This document shows positions 29,530-37,878 of a stretch of 64,000 bases of DNA, piece after piece; positions within the stretch are counted from its first letter, which is position 1; every line of letters begins with the position of its first letter. Both the position numbers and the translations under genes were made by a program. The DNA is taken from the NCBI GenBank assembly GCA_035063585.1, contig JAPSGB010000025.1, forward strand, positions 10,393 through 74,392. Direction: 5' to 3'. This DNA is from Polyangiaceae bacterium (GTDB lineage Bacteria; Myxococcota_A; Polyangia; Polyangiales; Polyangiaceae). The notes beneath the pieces are model-generated. The model was not told where the DNA came from and did no database searches. It saw only the letters and a program-made list of their open reading frames with translations.

Positions 29530-30243
29530 CTAGTTGCCGAGCCCGTAGCTTCGCACGAGCCACGTCGCGAACAGGTTCGACATCGCGTGCAGCAGCAGCG
29601 GCGCGCCGATCCCTCGGGTGCGGACCCGCAGCCACCCGAAGACGAGCGCCGGGAAGAACACCGCGAGGCGGTTCGCGTTCACCTCGGTGGCGAGGTGACC
29701 GAGCGCGAAGATGGCGCTCGCCGCCAGGAGCCCGGGGCCGAGGTCGGCGCCGAGGATACGGCGCCGCGCGGCCCAGGCATCGTCGAGCGCGGTCTGGAGG
29801 TAGCCGCGATAGAAGGCCTCCTCGGGGAGCGCGATGACGAGGAGCTGCCCCATCACCTCGTCTCCGAGCGCTGGGAACGGGGCCGGCGCGAACTCGTGCG
29901 GTGGCTTCCACCAGAGGACCCAGCCGAGCCAGAACGGCGGGAAGAGCACGGCTGCCACCCCGAGCGCCCAGCCGAGGGCGACGAGCGAGTCGCGCGCCAT
30001 CCGTCTGGGCTCGAGCGGCACCGGGTCGAGCAGGCCGCCGAGCGACAGCCCGAAGTGCGCGCTGTCGCCGGGGACGTCGCGGCGGAGCGCGACGAGCCAC
30101 GTCACCGCGAGGAACCCGAGGCCGACGCCGGTGGCGGCGGAGCTGTCCGGAAGACCGTAAGACAGCCCCGCGACGAGGAGGGTGGCGGCCGCGGCTACCA
30201 GGAGCGGATGGCGCCGCGTCGCGGCCGGCGTCGGGTCCGTCAT
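29530..30243 (-). CDS. CPBP (Abi/Rce1) intramembrane glutamic protease, myxosortase-like
   Basis: EEAFYRGYLQ, FALGH and HAMSN motifs in a polytopic protein. Confidence 0.85.
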   Translation of the reverse strand: MTDPTPAATRRHPLLVAAAATLLVAGLSYGLPDSSAATGVGLGFLAVTWLVALRRDVPGDSAHFGLSLGGLLDPVPLEPRRMARDSLVALGWALGVAAVLFPPFWLGWVLWWKPPHEFAPAPFPALGDEVMGQLLVIALPEEAFYRGYLQTALDDAWAARRRILGADLGPGLLAASAIFALGHLATEVNANRLAVFFPALVFGWLRVRTRGIGAPLLLHAMSNLFATWLVRSYGLGN

Positions 30244-30441
30244 TTCACCGGCGCCGTGCTGCGCTCCCTGGCAGGTGCAGCGAGCCCGAAGTTTTCTGCC
30301 CGGGTTGTGATGCGCGCCGAGCTCGAGCCTGTGATCTCCCCGCGGCCGGGCTCATGCGGTAGTGTTCGCCGGGCTCGTCGAAGGAGCCTCTGCGCCACCT
30401 GCGCACCACCGCTCGCGTCGAGATCCGACGCTGGAGGATTC

Positions 30442-33096
30442 ATGCTCGAACCGAACCCGCACCGCGTACCGTCCGCCCGCCCCGTCGCGCCGCCGCCCAT
30501 CGGTCGCGTCGACCTCGCGAAGTGGCCGCCGGACGACGACGACGCGCCCGCTGCGCCGCCGCCCGCCGGCGGTGGGGCGCCGAGCGGCGGGTCGTTCGAT
30601 CCCGGCGACGGCAACTTCAAGAAGGGTCGCTTCAACCCGCTCACCATCTTGGTCGGCGTGCTGGCGCTGGTGGGGCTCGTCGTGTTCGTCACGATTGGGC
30701 TCAAGAAGGACGCCGAGAAGCTTACGGTACCGGAGGCCGAGGCGCGCAAGAAAGCGATCTTCATGCTCCCGAAGGCCGAGCAGGCGCCGGAGTGGCGAAA
30801 GTGGTCGACGACGGCTCAGAGCGACGAGCTTCGCATGGAAGCGCTGAAGCAGCTCGCCTGGGCGAAGGATCCGGCAGGTGTCGACGCCGCCATCGCTGCG
30901 CTCAAGGAGCCATCCGATCCGCTCCGCGCCATGGCCGCTACGGCGCTCGCCGAGTACGGCTCTCCGCTCGCCGACAAGGCGAAGGACGCGCTGCTCGAGA
31001 CGCTCAAGCAGGCGGGCCCGGGCTCGAAGCCGCAGGTCGCTTGGGCGTTGGTCGTGCTCGGCGACGGGCGCGCCCTCGACGAGGTCATGAAGCTCTACCG
31101 TATCGGGCACCTGTCCAAGGTGCAGCGTCTGGGCGGCGGCGTGGCGTTCGATCCCGAGAAGCTCGTGAAGCTCGCTGGAATCGACAAGCTCGCGACCATG
31201 GCCGGCGACTCGAGCGACGCCGTGCGACAGCTCGTCGCGACGGTGCTCTCGCGCGTCGCGGACCCGAAGTACACGGACGTGCTCATCAAGCTGGTGAAGG
31301 ACTCCGACCAGGAGGTCGCCCGCCAGGCGGCTCCGGGCCTCGGTAAGATCGGCGACGAGCGGGCGCGCCAGCCGCTCATCGATCAGCTCAGGACCGCCGA
31401 CAAGGACAGCCGGAACAAGTACCTCGAGGCGCTACGCGACGGCATCGGCACCAGCGGACTGGTGCTCGCGCTCGATGCCAACGACGACAAAGACGAGAAG
31501 ATCGCCTGGTATCAGACCAAGCAGATCTTCGATCTCGTCCGCAAGCTCGCCGACCCGCGCGGCGGCGACGCGTTGCTTCGCTACATCGCGACCAAGCCGA
31601 ACATCCACTGGGAGACGGAGGCTGCCATCGCGATGGCGGAGGTCGGCGACGAGCGCGCAGTGCCCTATCTCGCCAAGCGGCTCCGGATGAACCCCCTCAA
31701 GGTCTACAGCGATCAGCATGACTGGGAGATGGAGCTCAAGCGGGACGACAACGAGCGCGTGGTGTCGGCGCGCATGATCGCGGATCTTGCCGTACTCCAC
31801 CCGGACAAGCGCGAGCAGATCGCCACTCAGGCCGAGGACGCGGTCATGTTCTGGATCCACGACATGCCCTCTCCGCACGCCAACGGCCTTCGCGCGCTCG
31901 CGGCCATGGGCTCGACCAAGGACATCGATCAGCTCCGCAAGTGGTCGAACCCGAGCTCGCCGCTCCCGAAGCAGGGCCAGCAGCCGCCCATGCCCGAGGA
32001 GTGGGTCATCGCGCAGAGCGCGCTCCGCTACGTCGGGTGGCTCAAGGACGAGCCGTCGTGGAAGGTGCTCGAAAAATCGCTGACGCGCCGCGAACCGGAC
32101 CTCGACGTCACCATGGACGGCCTCATGCAGGGCGGCGTCGCCATCCTCGGCATGACGCTCCGCGCGATCGGCGTCGGCGCCTCTGACGGGTTCGCCGAGT
32201 GGGGTGACGAGAAGGCCTTCAAGCCGCTGATGAAATACATCGACGAGCCGAAGGAGAACGAGCAGTCGCGGATGGAGGCCTGCCAGGCGGTCGCCTGGGT
32301 CGCGAACAAGGACGACATGCTCGAGGTCGCCAAGAAGATCGCGGAGTACAAGAAGGAGGACAAGGCCGATCAGTTCCGCCGGGCCTGCCTACTCGAGACC
32401 ATCATCACCAAGCCGGTCAGCGGCATCTCGGGCGCGCTCATCGGCATGCTGACGCCCGAGTCGTCCCTCGAGACGCGCCACCAGGTCGCGCGCGCCATCG
32501 GCAAGGCCGGGCTCGACCCCGAGGTCGAGGGCAAGCTCTTCGAGATGCTCAAGAACGAGACGCTCATGAACGACGCCGCGCTGGCGCTCATCCTCGGCGG
32601 CTCGCCGGACGTGGCGGCGCGCGCCGTCGCGATGTACGCCGACAAGGACAAGGCCGCTCTCGAAGAGCTCGGCGACCTCTGGTACCGGAGCTTCGGCTAC
32701 TGGTCGACCGACGATCTCGAGCAGGGGAGGCTGTTCCGCTGGGTCGACAACGCGGTCGCCATCAGCCACGTCTCCATCAAGCAGACGCCCCAGGAGTGGG
32801 CCAACGTCCTCCTGATGAAGCAGTTCGACAACCTCATCTTCGACAACGGGCCCCACTCGTTCACCCGCGTCGTGCTCCGTTATCGCCTCTGGCAGATGGC
32901 GAAGGGCGAGGACAAGGAGAAGCGTGAGGGAGCGGTCCGCACGCTCCGCTTCATGAAGGAGCAAGGCGTGCTGCTGGCGCTCCGCGACGAGCCCGGCGAG
33001 ACGGGCAAGCTCGCGAGCGCCGCCTATCACGACATCCTCTACCCGAAGCTCGTCACCGGGGTGAACATTCCGGAGGACGACCCGAGCAAGCAGTGA
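30442..33096 (+). CDS. Membrane-anchored HEAT-repeat protein (884 aa)
   Basis: ATG after GGAGG, Pro-rich N-terminus, TM PLTILVGVLALVGLVVFVTIGL, then HEAT-like units (e.g. DQEVARQAAPGLGKIGDERARQPL). Strong GC3 bias. Confidence 0.82.
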   Translation: MLEPNPHRVPSARPVAPPPIGRVDLAKWPPDDDDAPAAPPPAGGGAPSGGSFDPGDGNFKKGRFNPLTILVGVLALVGLVVFVTIGLKKDAEKLTVPEAEARKKAIFMLPKAEQAPEWRKWSTTAQSDELRMEALKQLAWAKDPAGVDAAIAALKEPSDPLRAMAATALAEYGSPLADKAKDALLETLKQAGPGSKPQVAWALVVLGDGRALDEVMKLYRIGHLSKVQRLGGGVAFDPEKLVKLAGIDKLATMAGDSSDAVRQLVATVLSRVADPKYTDVLIKLVKDSDQEVARQAAPGLGKIGDERARQPLIDQLRTADKDSRNKYLEALRDGIGTSGLVLALDANDDKDEKIAWYQTKQIFDLVRKLADPRGGDALLRYIATKPNIHWETEAAIAMAEVGDERAVPYLAKRLRMNPLKVYSDQHDWEMELKRDDNERVVSARMIADLAVLHPDKREQIATQAEDAVMFWIHDMPSPHANGLRALAAMGSTKDIDQLRKWSNPSSPLPKQGQQPPMPEEWVIAQSALRYVGWLKDEPSWKVLEKSLTRREPDLDVTMDGLMQGGVAILGMTLRAIGVGASDGFAEWGDEKAFKPLMKYIDEPKENEQSRMEACQAVAWVANKDDMLEVAKKIAEYKKEDKADQFRRACLLETIITKPVSGISGALIGMLTPESSLETRHQVARAIGKAGLDPEVEGKLFEMLKNETLMNDAALALILGGSPDVAARAVAMYADKDKAALEELGDLWYRSFGYWSTDDLEQGRLFRWVDNAVAISHVSIKQTPQEWANVLLMKQFDNLIFDNGPHSFTRVVLRYRLWQMAKGEDKEKREGAVRTLRFMKEQGVLLALRDEPGETGKLASAAYHDILYPKLVTGVNIPEDDPSKQ

Positions 33097-33695
33097 CGGG
33101 TGGTCGCCGCGCGCCGCGATGGTGGATGAGCGCCGCCGTCGCGGCGCTCATCGCGGCCTGCGGCACCCGCCACGAGCGGCCAGCGCGCCGCCCCGGCACC
33201 CTCGACCCTCGCATCACGGTGCCCGCGGGCGTCATGATCGAGCGCGCGTGCACTCCGACGGGCCCGGAGCTCTGCTTCAACGCGACCGACGACAATTGCA
33301 ACGGCCTCATCGACGAGGGCTGCGGGGTAGCGACCGGGCTCGTCCAAGTCATCATCGCGTGGGATCAGCCGTCGGCTGACGTCGACCTGAACGTGACCGA
33401 CCCGAACGGCGAGCTCGTCGAGGTCGGGCGCGCGACCAAGAGCGGGCTCGCCAAGGATCGAGACTGCCCCGGTCGCCAGAACGAATGCCAAGGGCAGAAC
33501 CAGGAGAACGTGGTCCTCGAGCAGGGTGACTTGACGCGGGGCAAGTACCAGGTGCGCGTGCGGCTCGAGAGCCTCGGGAGTGAGAGCCCGCCGATCCGCG
33601 TGCGTTTGGGCGCTCGACTTGGCCCGAAGACCTACGCCATCACGCTCGAGCTCACGAAGGTGGAAGACGAGCGAGACATCGACCTCGTGCTTTGA
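33093..33695 (+). CDS. Lipoprotein with Cys metal-binding motif and YfaP-like domain
   Basis: Lipobox LIAAC, ELCFNATDDNCNGLIDEGC, then IAWDQPSADVDLNVTDPNGE...ENV. Confidence 0.72.
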   Translation: MTGGRRAPRWWMSAAVAALIAACGTRHERPARRPGTLDPRITVPAGVMIERACTPTGPELCFNATDDNCNGLIDEGCGVATGLVQVIIAWDQPSADVDLNVTDPNGELVEVGRATKSGLAKDRDCPGRQNECQGQNQENVVLEQGDLTRGKYQVRVRLESLGSESPPIRVRLGARLGPKTYAITLELTKVEDERDIDLVL

Positions 33696-33740
33696 ATGCG
33701 AGGTGCGCGACGGCGGGGAGTCTGCTTATCTGGGCGGTGA

Positions 33741-34292
33741 GTGTCAGCGGTTCTCGGAAAGGTGACGAGCGCGCGGGATGCGCCGCGCGGGCCGGATGCG
33801 ACGTACCAGGTGACGGTGCCGGCGGAGTGGCTGCTCGAAGGCGCGACGATCGAGGTCGAGCTGCCGCGGAACCTGACCTGCGCCGCGTGTGAGGGCGGGG
33901 GATGCGACTCGTGCGAGCGTTCCGGCGCGCTCTCGTTGCGGGAGCGCAAGGCCACGCCGGAGAGCGTGCGCGTCGCGCTCCCGCGCGGCGCGGAGCCCGC
34001 AGAAGCGAGCGGCGCCATGCGGGCGCTCGTGCTCCGGATCCCAGAGCACGGAGGCGCCGCGAGCCCCGGCTCGGGACTGCCGCGCGGTTGCTTGCTCCTC
34101 GCGGTGACCCCCGGCGCGGCTCCGGCCTCGGGAGTGAGACGCGTGGAGCCCGAGCCGCCGCTCCCGGAGCAGGTGGCCGCCGGCTCGGCGACGACGCGAG
34201 CGCTCGCGCCGCGGCTCGTCATGATCCTGATCATCGCCGCGTTGCTCGTGCTCGCCGCTTGGCTAGCGCTTCGCGCCGCGTATTCAGGGTGA
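33741..34292 (+). CDS. J-domain-less DnaJ-like protein (zinc finger, CTD fragment, C-terminal TM)
   Basis: EGATIEVELPRNLTCAACEGGGCDSCERSG, LRIPEHGG..RGCLLL, and a hydrophobic C-terminus. Confidence 0.6.
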   Translation: MSAVLGKVTSARDAPRGPDATYQVTVPAEWLLEGATIEVELPRNLTCAACEGGGCDSCERSGALSLRERKATPESVRVALPRGAEPAEASGAMRALVLRIPEHGGAASPGSGLPRGCLLLAVTPGAAPASGVRRVEPEPPLPEQVAAGSATTRALAPRLVMILIIAALLVLAAWLALRAAYSG

Positions 34293-34399
34293 GCCTAGCC
34301 TGGGAGAGTGACCGCCGAGTGGTCACGGGTTGACGCGCGGCGCCATGAAACCCTAAGTAGCTTCCAGCGTCCCGGCTGGGGTCGGGCGCCCGAGGACTC

Positions 34400-36679
34400 A
34401 TGAACCCGCTTGCGATGGCTCTCATCATCATCGGTTTCCTGGCGATGTTCGCCTGGAGCGCGAGGAACCGCTGGGGGTTGCTGAAGGTGGGCAGCCCGCC
34501 TCACGAGAGTCGCTGGGCCGAGGTCGGGCAGCGCCTGAAGGGCCTCCTCTACTACGCCTTCTATCAGAAGAAGCTCCGCTACTACTTCACGGCAGGGCTC
34601 GCCCACAACCTCATCTTCTTCGGGTTCGTCGTCCTCCTCTTGAACACGTTGATCCTCTGGGGTCGCGGGTTCTATCCACCCTTCGACTTCTGGATCTTCG
34701 GACCGCAGCCGGTCGCCGGGATCCCGCTCGGCCACATCTACGAGTTCATCAAGGAGGTGTTCCTGGTGCTCGTGCTCGTGGGCGTGGCAATCTTCGTCTA
34801 CTACCGGGTGATCCGGCCGCAGAAGCGCATGGCGCTCGGCTGGGAGGGTCTGGTCATCCTCGGGATCATCGCCTCGATGATGCTGGGCGATCTGCTGTAC
34901 GTCGGCGCCGCCACGGTGCTGAACGTCGATTTCGCCTCGACCTGCGCGGCGGCGGGCGCGCCCGGCTGGTGTGCCAGCGCGGCTCCCGTGGTCGCGCCGT
35001 TCGGCGCGCCGGTGCAGGAAATCGCGTGGCAAGCCTGGCCGACGCCGGGAAGCTCGGTGTTCGCCATCGCGCTCGTGGGCTCGGCCCCGAGCACGCTCAT
35101 CGCGCTCGCTCACCTCGGCTTCTGGGTGCACGCGAGCCTCGTGCTCGTCTTCCTGAACGTCCTACCGTACTCGAAGCACTTCCACATCATCACCGTCATG
35201 CCGAACGTGTTCATGACGGACCTCACGCCGAAGGGGCGTCTCCGCCCCATCGCTCCCAGCACCGAGGCCCTGATGGCCATGGTGGAGAAGGCGACCGAGA
35301 ACGAGGACGTCCTCGCCGCGCCCATCGGCTACGCGCGGATCGAGCACTTCACCTGGAAGGACATCCTCGATTTCTACACCTGCACCGAGTGCGGCCGCTG
35401 CACGGACAACTGCCCGGCGGCTCAGACCGGGAAGATGCTGAGCCCGAAGCACTTCACTCTCGATCTCCGCGACCACCTCTACTCGCGTCAGGATGAGTTC
35501 CTCGCCATCGGAGACGCGCTGCCGCGCACCACGCTCGCCGACCTCGCGGCCAAGGTCGAGGTCGAGGGAGCAGCCGAGGCGACCGACGCGCCGAAGGCCG
35601 AGAGCGTCACCTATAAGCCGGTCGACTTGGTCCCGAACGTGATCCACCCAGACGTGCTCTGGGCCTGCACCACCTGCGGCGCTTGCGAAGAGCAGTGCCC
35701 GGTGAACATCACTTACGTCGACAAGATCGTGCAGATGCGCCGCAACCTCACGGTCATCAAGGGTGAGTTCCCGGCAGAGCTGAACAAGCCGTTCGAGGGC
35801 ATGGAAACCAACGGCAACCCCTGGAACCTGTCGCGCATGGACCGCGCGAACTGGGCCGATGGGCTCGACATTCCCACCGCCGCCGACAACCCCAAGGCGG
35901 AGGTCCTCTACTGGGTCGGGTGCGCGGCGAGCTACGACGACCGCGCGAAGAAGATCGCGCGCGCCACCGCGAGCTTGCTCAAGCAGGCGGGCATCGACTT
36001 CGCGATCCTCGCCGGCGAGGAGACCTGCACCGGGGACCCGGCGCGCCGCGCCGGCAATGAGTATCTATTCAGCATGCTGGCGGAGACGAACGTCGCGACG
36101 CTGAACGGTTACCAGGAGCAAGGCGGGCTCAAGACCATCCTCACGACCTGTCCTCACTGCTTCAACACCATCAAGAACGAGTACCCCGACTTCGGCGGGA
36201 AGTTCGAGGTCGTTCATCACACCGACTACTTGATGGGGCTCGTGGCGACGCGGAAGCTCACACCGAAGCACCCGGTCAAGGCGCGGGTCGTCTATCACGA
36301 CTCCTGCTACCTCGGGCGGCACAACGGGATCTACGAGTCGCCACGAGAGCTCTTGAAGGCCATCCCGGGCGTGGAATTGGTCGAGGTCGACTACTGGACC
36401 AAGAAGAAGGCCATGTGCTGCGGCGCCGGCGGCGCGCAGATGTGGATGGAAGAGCAGAACAAGGACCGAGTGAACGTGAAGCGGACGCTTCAGCTCCTCG
36501 ACACGGGTGCCCAGACCATCGCCAGCGCGTGCCCGTTCTGCATGACCATGCTCACCGATGGTATCAAGGCGCAGTCCAAGGATGACGACGTGAAGAACCT
36601 GGACATCGTCGAGATGCTCGCAGTCGCCTGCGGCGCGGAGGAGAGCGGCGCCGGCGCGGCTTCGGCCGCGGCAAACTAG
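34400..36679 (+). CDS. FadF-like membrane Fe-S oxidoreductase (heterodisulfide reductase-related)
   Basis: N-terminal TMs with SKHFH, CTECGRCTDNCP, CTTCGACEEQCP, and two CCG domains (YWVGC, TCPHC, YHDSC, CCGAGG, ACPFC). Confidence 0.9.
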   Translation: MNPLAMALIIIGFLAMFAWSARNRWGLLKVGSPPHESRWAEVGQRLKGLLYYAFYQKKLRYYFTAGLAHNLIFFGFVVLLLNTLILWGRGFYPPFDFWIFGPQPVAGIPLGHIYEFIKEVFLVLVLVGVAIFVYYRVIRPQKRMALGWEGLVILGIIASMMLGDLLYVGAATVLNVDFASTCAAAGAPGWCASAAPVVAPFGAPVQEIAWQAWPTPGSSVFAIALVGSAPSTLIALAHLGFWVHASLVLVFLNVLPYSKHFHIITVMPNVFMTDLTPKGRLRPIAPSTEALMAMVEKATENEDVLAAPIGYARIEHFTWKDILDFYTCTECGRCTDNCPAAQTGKMLSPKHFTLDLRDHLYSRQDEFLAIGDALPRTTLADLAAKVEVEGAAEATDAPKAESVTYKPVDLVPNVIHPDVLWACTTCGACEEQCPVNITYVDKIVQMRRNLTVIKGEFPAELNKPFEGMETNGNPWNLSRMDRANWADGLDIPTAADNPKAEVLYWVGCAASYDDRAKKIARATASLLKQAGIDFAILAGEETCTGDPARRAGNEYLFSMLAETNVATLNGYQEQGGLKTILTTCPHCFNTIKNEYPDFGGKFEVVHHTDYLMGLVATRKLTPKHPVKARVVYHDSCYLGRHNGIYESPRELLKAIPGVELVEVDYWTKKKAMCCGAGGAQMWMEEQNKDRVNVKRTLQLLDTGAQTIASACPFCMTMLTDGIKAQSKDDDVKNLDIVEMLAVACGAEESGAGAASAAAN

Positions 36680-36770
36680 CCATTTTCACGCGAGCGGCGG
36701 CGCGCGGAGCCCTCGTGCGGCGCCGCTCGGCGAGTGCGCGTGGCTCGCCCGGCGGGTATACTCCGTCGAG

Positions 36771-37028
36771 ATGCCCGTCTCGCGTGAGCTCACCGCGCCG
36801 CCGGCCGCGACGGACCAGCCAACCTCGGCGGCCCCGGAGCGCGTCTACGAGTGCGATCACTGCGGCAAGCATTTCTCCGGGGCACCGGGCGGCTCGGGGC
36901 TGCTCCTCTGGACGCGGGGCGATGAGGTTCGCTACGAGGAGCCGCCGCTCTGCGAGGAGTGCGCGGAGCAGATCACGGTCGGCGCGCTCATCAAGTGGTC
37001 GAGCGAAGACGGCGACGAAGAAGGGTGA
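36771..37028 (+). CDS. Small CxxC...CxxC putative zinc-binding protein
   Basis: YECDHCG ... PPLCEEC. TATACT lies 8 nt before the ATG. Confidence 0.7.
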   Translation: MPVSRELTAPPAATDQPTSAAPERVYECDHCGKHFSGAPGGSGLLLWTRGDEVRYEEPPLCEECAEQITVGALIKWSSEDGDEEG

Positions 37029-37036
37029 GGCGCGCG

Positions 37037-37810
37037 CTAGTGGAGCTCGAGATCCTCGGGCTCCCGCAAGGGCGGTCGCCGCTCGAGGAGCTCACGTGCG
37101 GTCGCGCGGACGACCAGCGCGGTGTCGACGCTGTCGAGCGTGAGCCGGAGCTCGACGCGCGTGCAGAGCTGAAGCAAGGGGACCGCCATGTCGTTCGGCG
37201 AGCCGGGGTTCAGCACCACCGCCATTCGCACACGGGTGCGGGTCAGCCAGCGTGGCGTCTGGCCGAGCTCTCGCAGCACGACTAGCCGAGCCGGCCGCCG
37301 CGCGACCATCCGGACCACGTCTTCCTCGGTGAGGAGCGGGTTGTCGAGGAGCTGGCGAATGACCAGCGGGTGAGGATCCGCGAGGAGCTTCTCGAACGCG
37401 CGGCGGTGCGGACGGCGAGCCAGGCTCCGCCGCTCCCCGACCGTGAGCTCACGACCGACGCCGTAGTCGGGCACCGGAGGCTCGTCGGGCGGTCGGAGCT
37501 CCGCCGCGCTCGGTGGCCCTCGCCGGAGGAGGCGTTCGAGGCTCAAGAGGTGACGCCCCGCCGCTTCCTCGCGGAGGCGCGCCACGCGCTCGGTGTCACC
37601 GAGGGACACCACCAGCAGCGCGAGCGCGGCGACGACCTCGCGGGCGCTGGGCACCATCCGCTCGCTCTCCTCGCAGAGCTCGTCGAGCAGCGGAGCCGCG
37701 CGCTCCGGGTCTTGCGCGCGGAGCCAGTCATCGAGCCAGGCGAGGCGCAGCGAGAGCTCGGGGAGCCCGAGCAACACCCGCTTCATCTGAGACGATCCTG
37801 CCCGCGCCAT
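37037..37810 (-). CDS. Hypothetical helical-repeat protein
   Basis: LTVGERRSLARR, LLADPHPLVIRQLLDNPLLTE, VRMAVVLNP. Fills the gap between flanking genes. Confidence 0.7.
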   Translation of the reverse strand: MARAGSSQMKRVLLGLPELSLRLAWLDDWLRAQDPERAAPLLDELCEESERMVPSAREVVAALALLVVSLGDTERVARLREEAAGRHLLSLERLLRRGPPSAAELRPPDEPPVPDYGVGRELTVGERRSLARRPHRRAFEKLLADPHPLVIRQLLDNPLLTEEDVVRMVARRPARLVVLRELGQTPRWLTRTRVRMAVVLNPGSPNDMAVPLLQLCTRVELRLTLDSVDTALVVRATARELLERRPPLREPEDLELH

Positions 37811-37878
37811 GTCCCGCCGTACTTCGAGCGAGAGTAACCCGATGCGGCCGTCCTGACGATCCAGGCTAGACTCGGCGG

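Noticed and set aside
29530..30243. CPBP protease as an abortive-infection or bacteriocin immunity gene
   Set aside because: No bacteriocin or defence neighbours; the housekeeping context fits a sorting protease better. No MYXO-CTERM substrate was seen in the window.
29464..30441. N-terminal extension making the HEAT protein 1210 aa
   Set aside because: It overlaps the minus-strand CPBP gene, and a good SD plus ATG exists at 30442.
33738..33740. In-frame TGA before the DnaJ-like ORF as selenocysteine
   Set aside because: The upstream frame gives no coherent protein and no SECIS-like hairpin was recognised.
34290..34316. TGAGCC-N17-CGCC upstream of the fadF-like gene
   Set aside because: Mismatch in the -10 element, the TGA is the upstream stop codon, and a TTGACG sigma70-like element lies closer.
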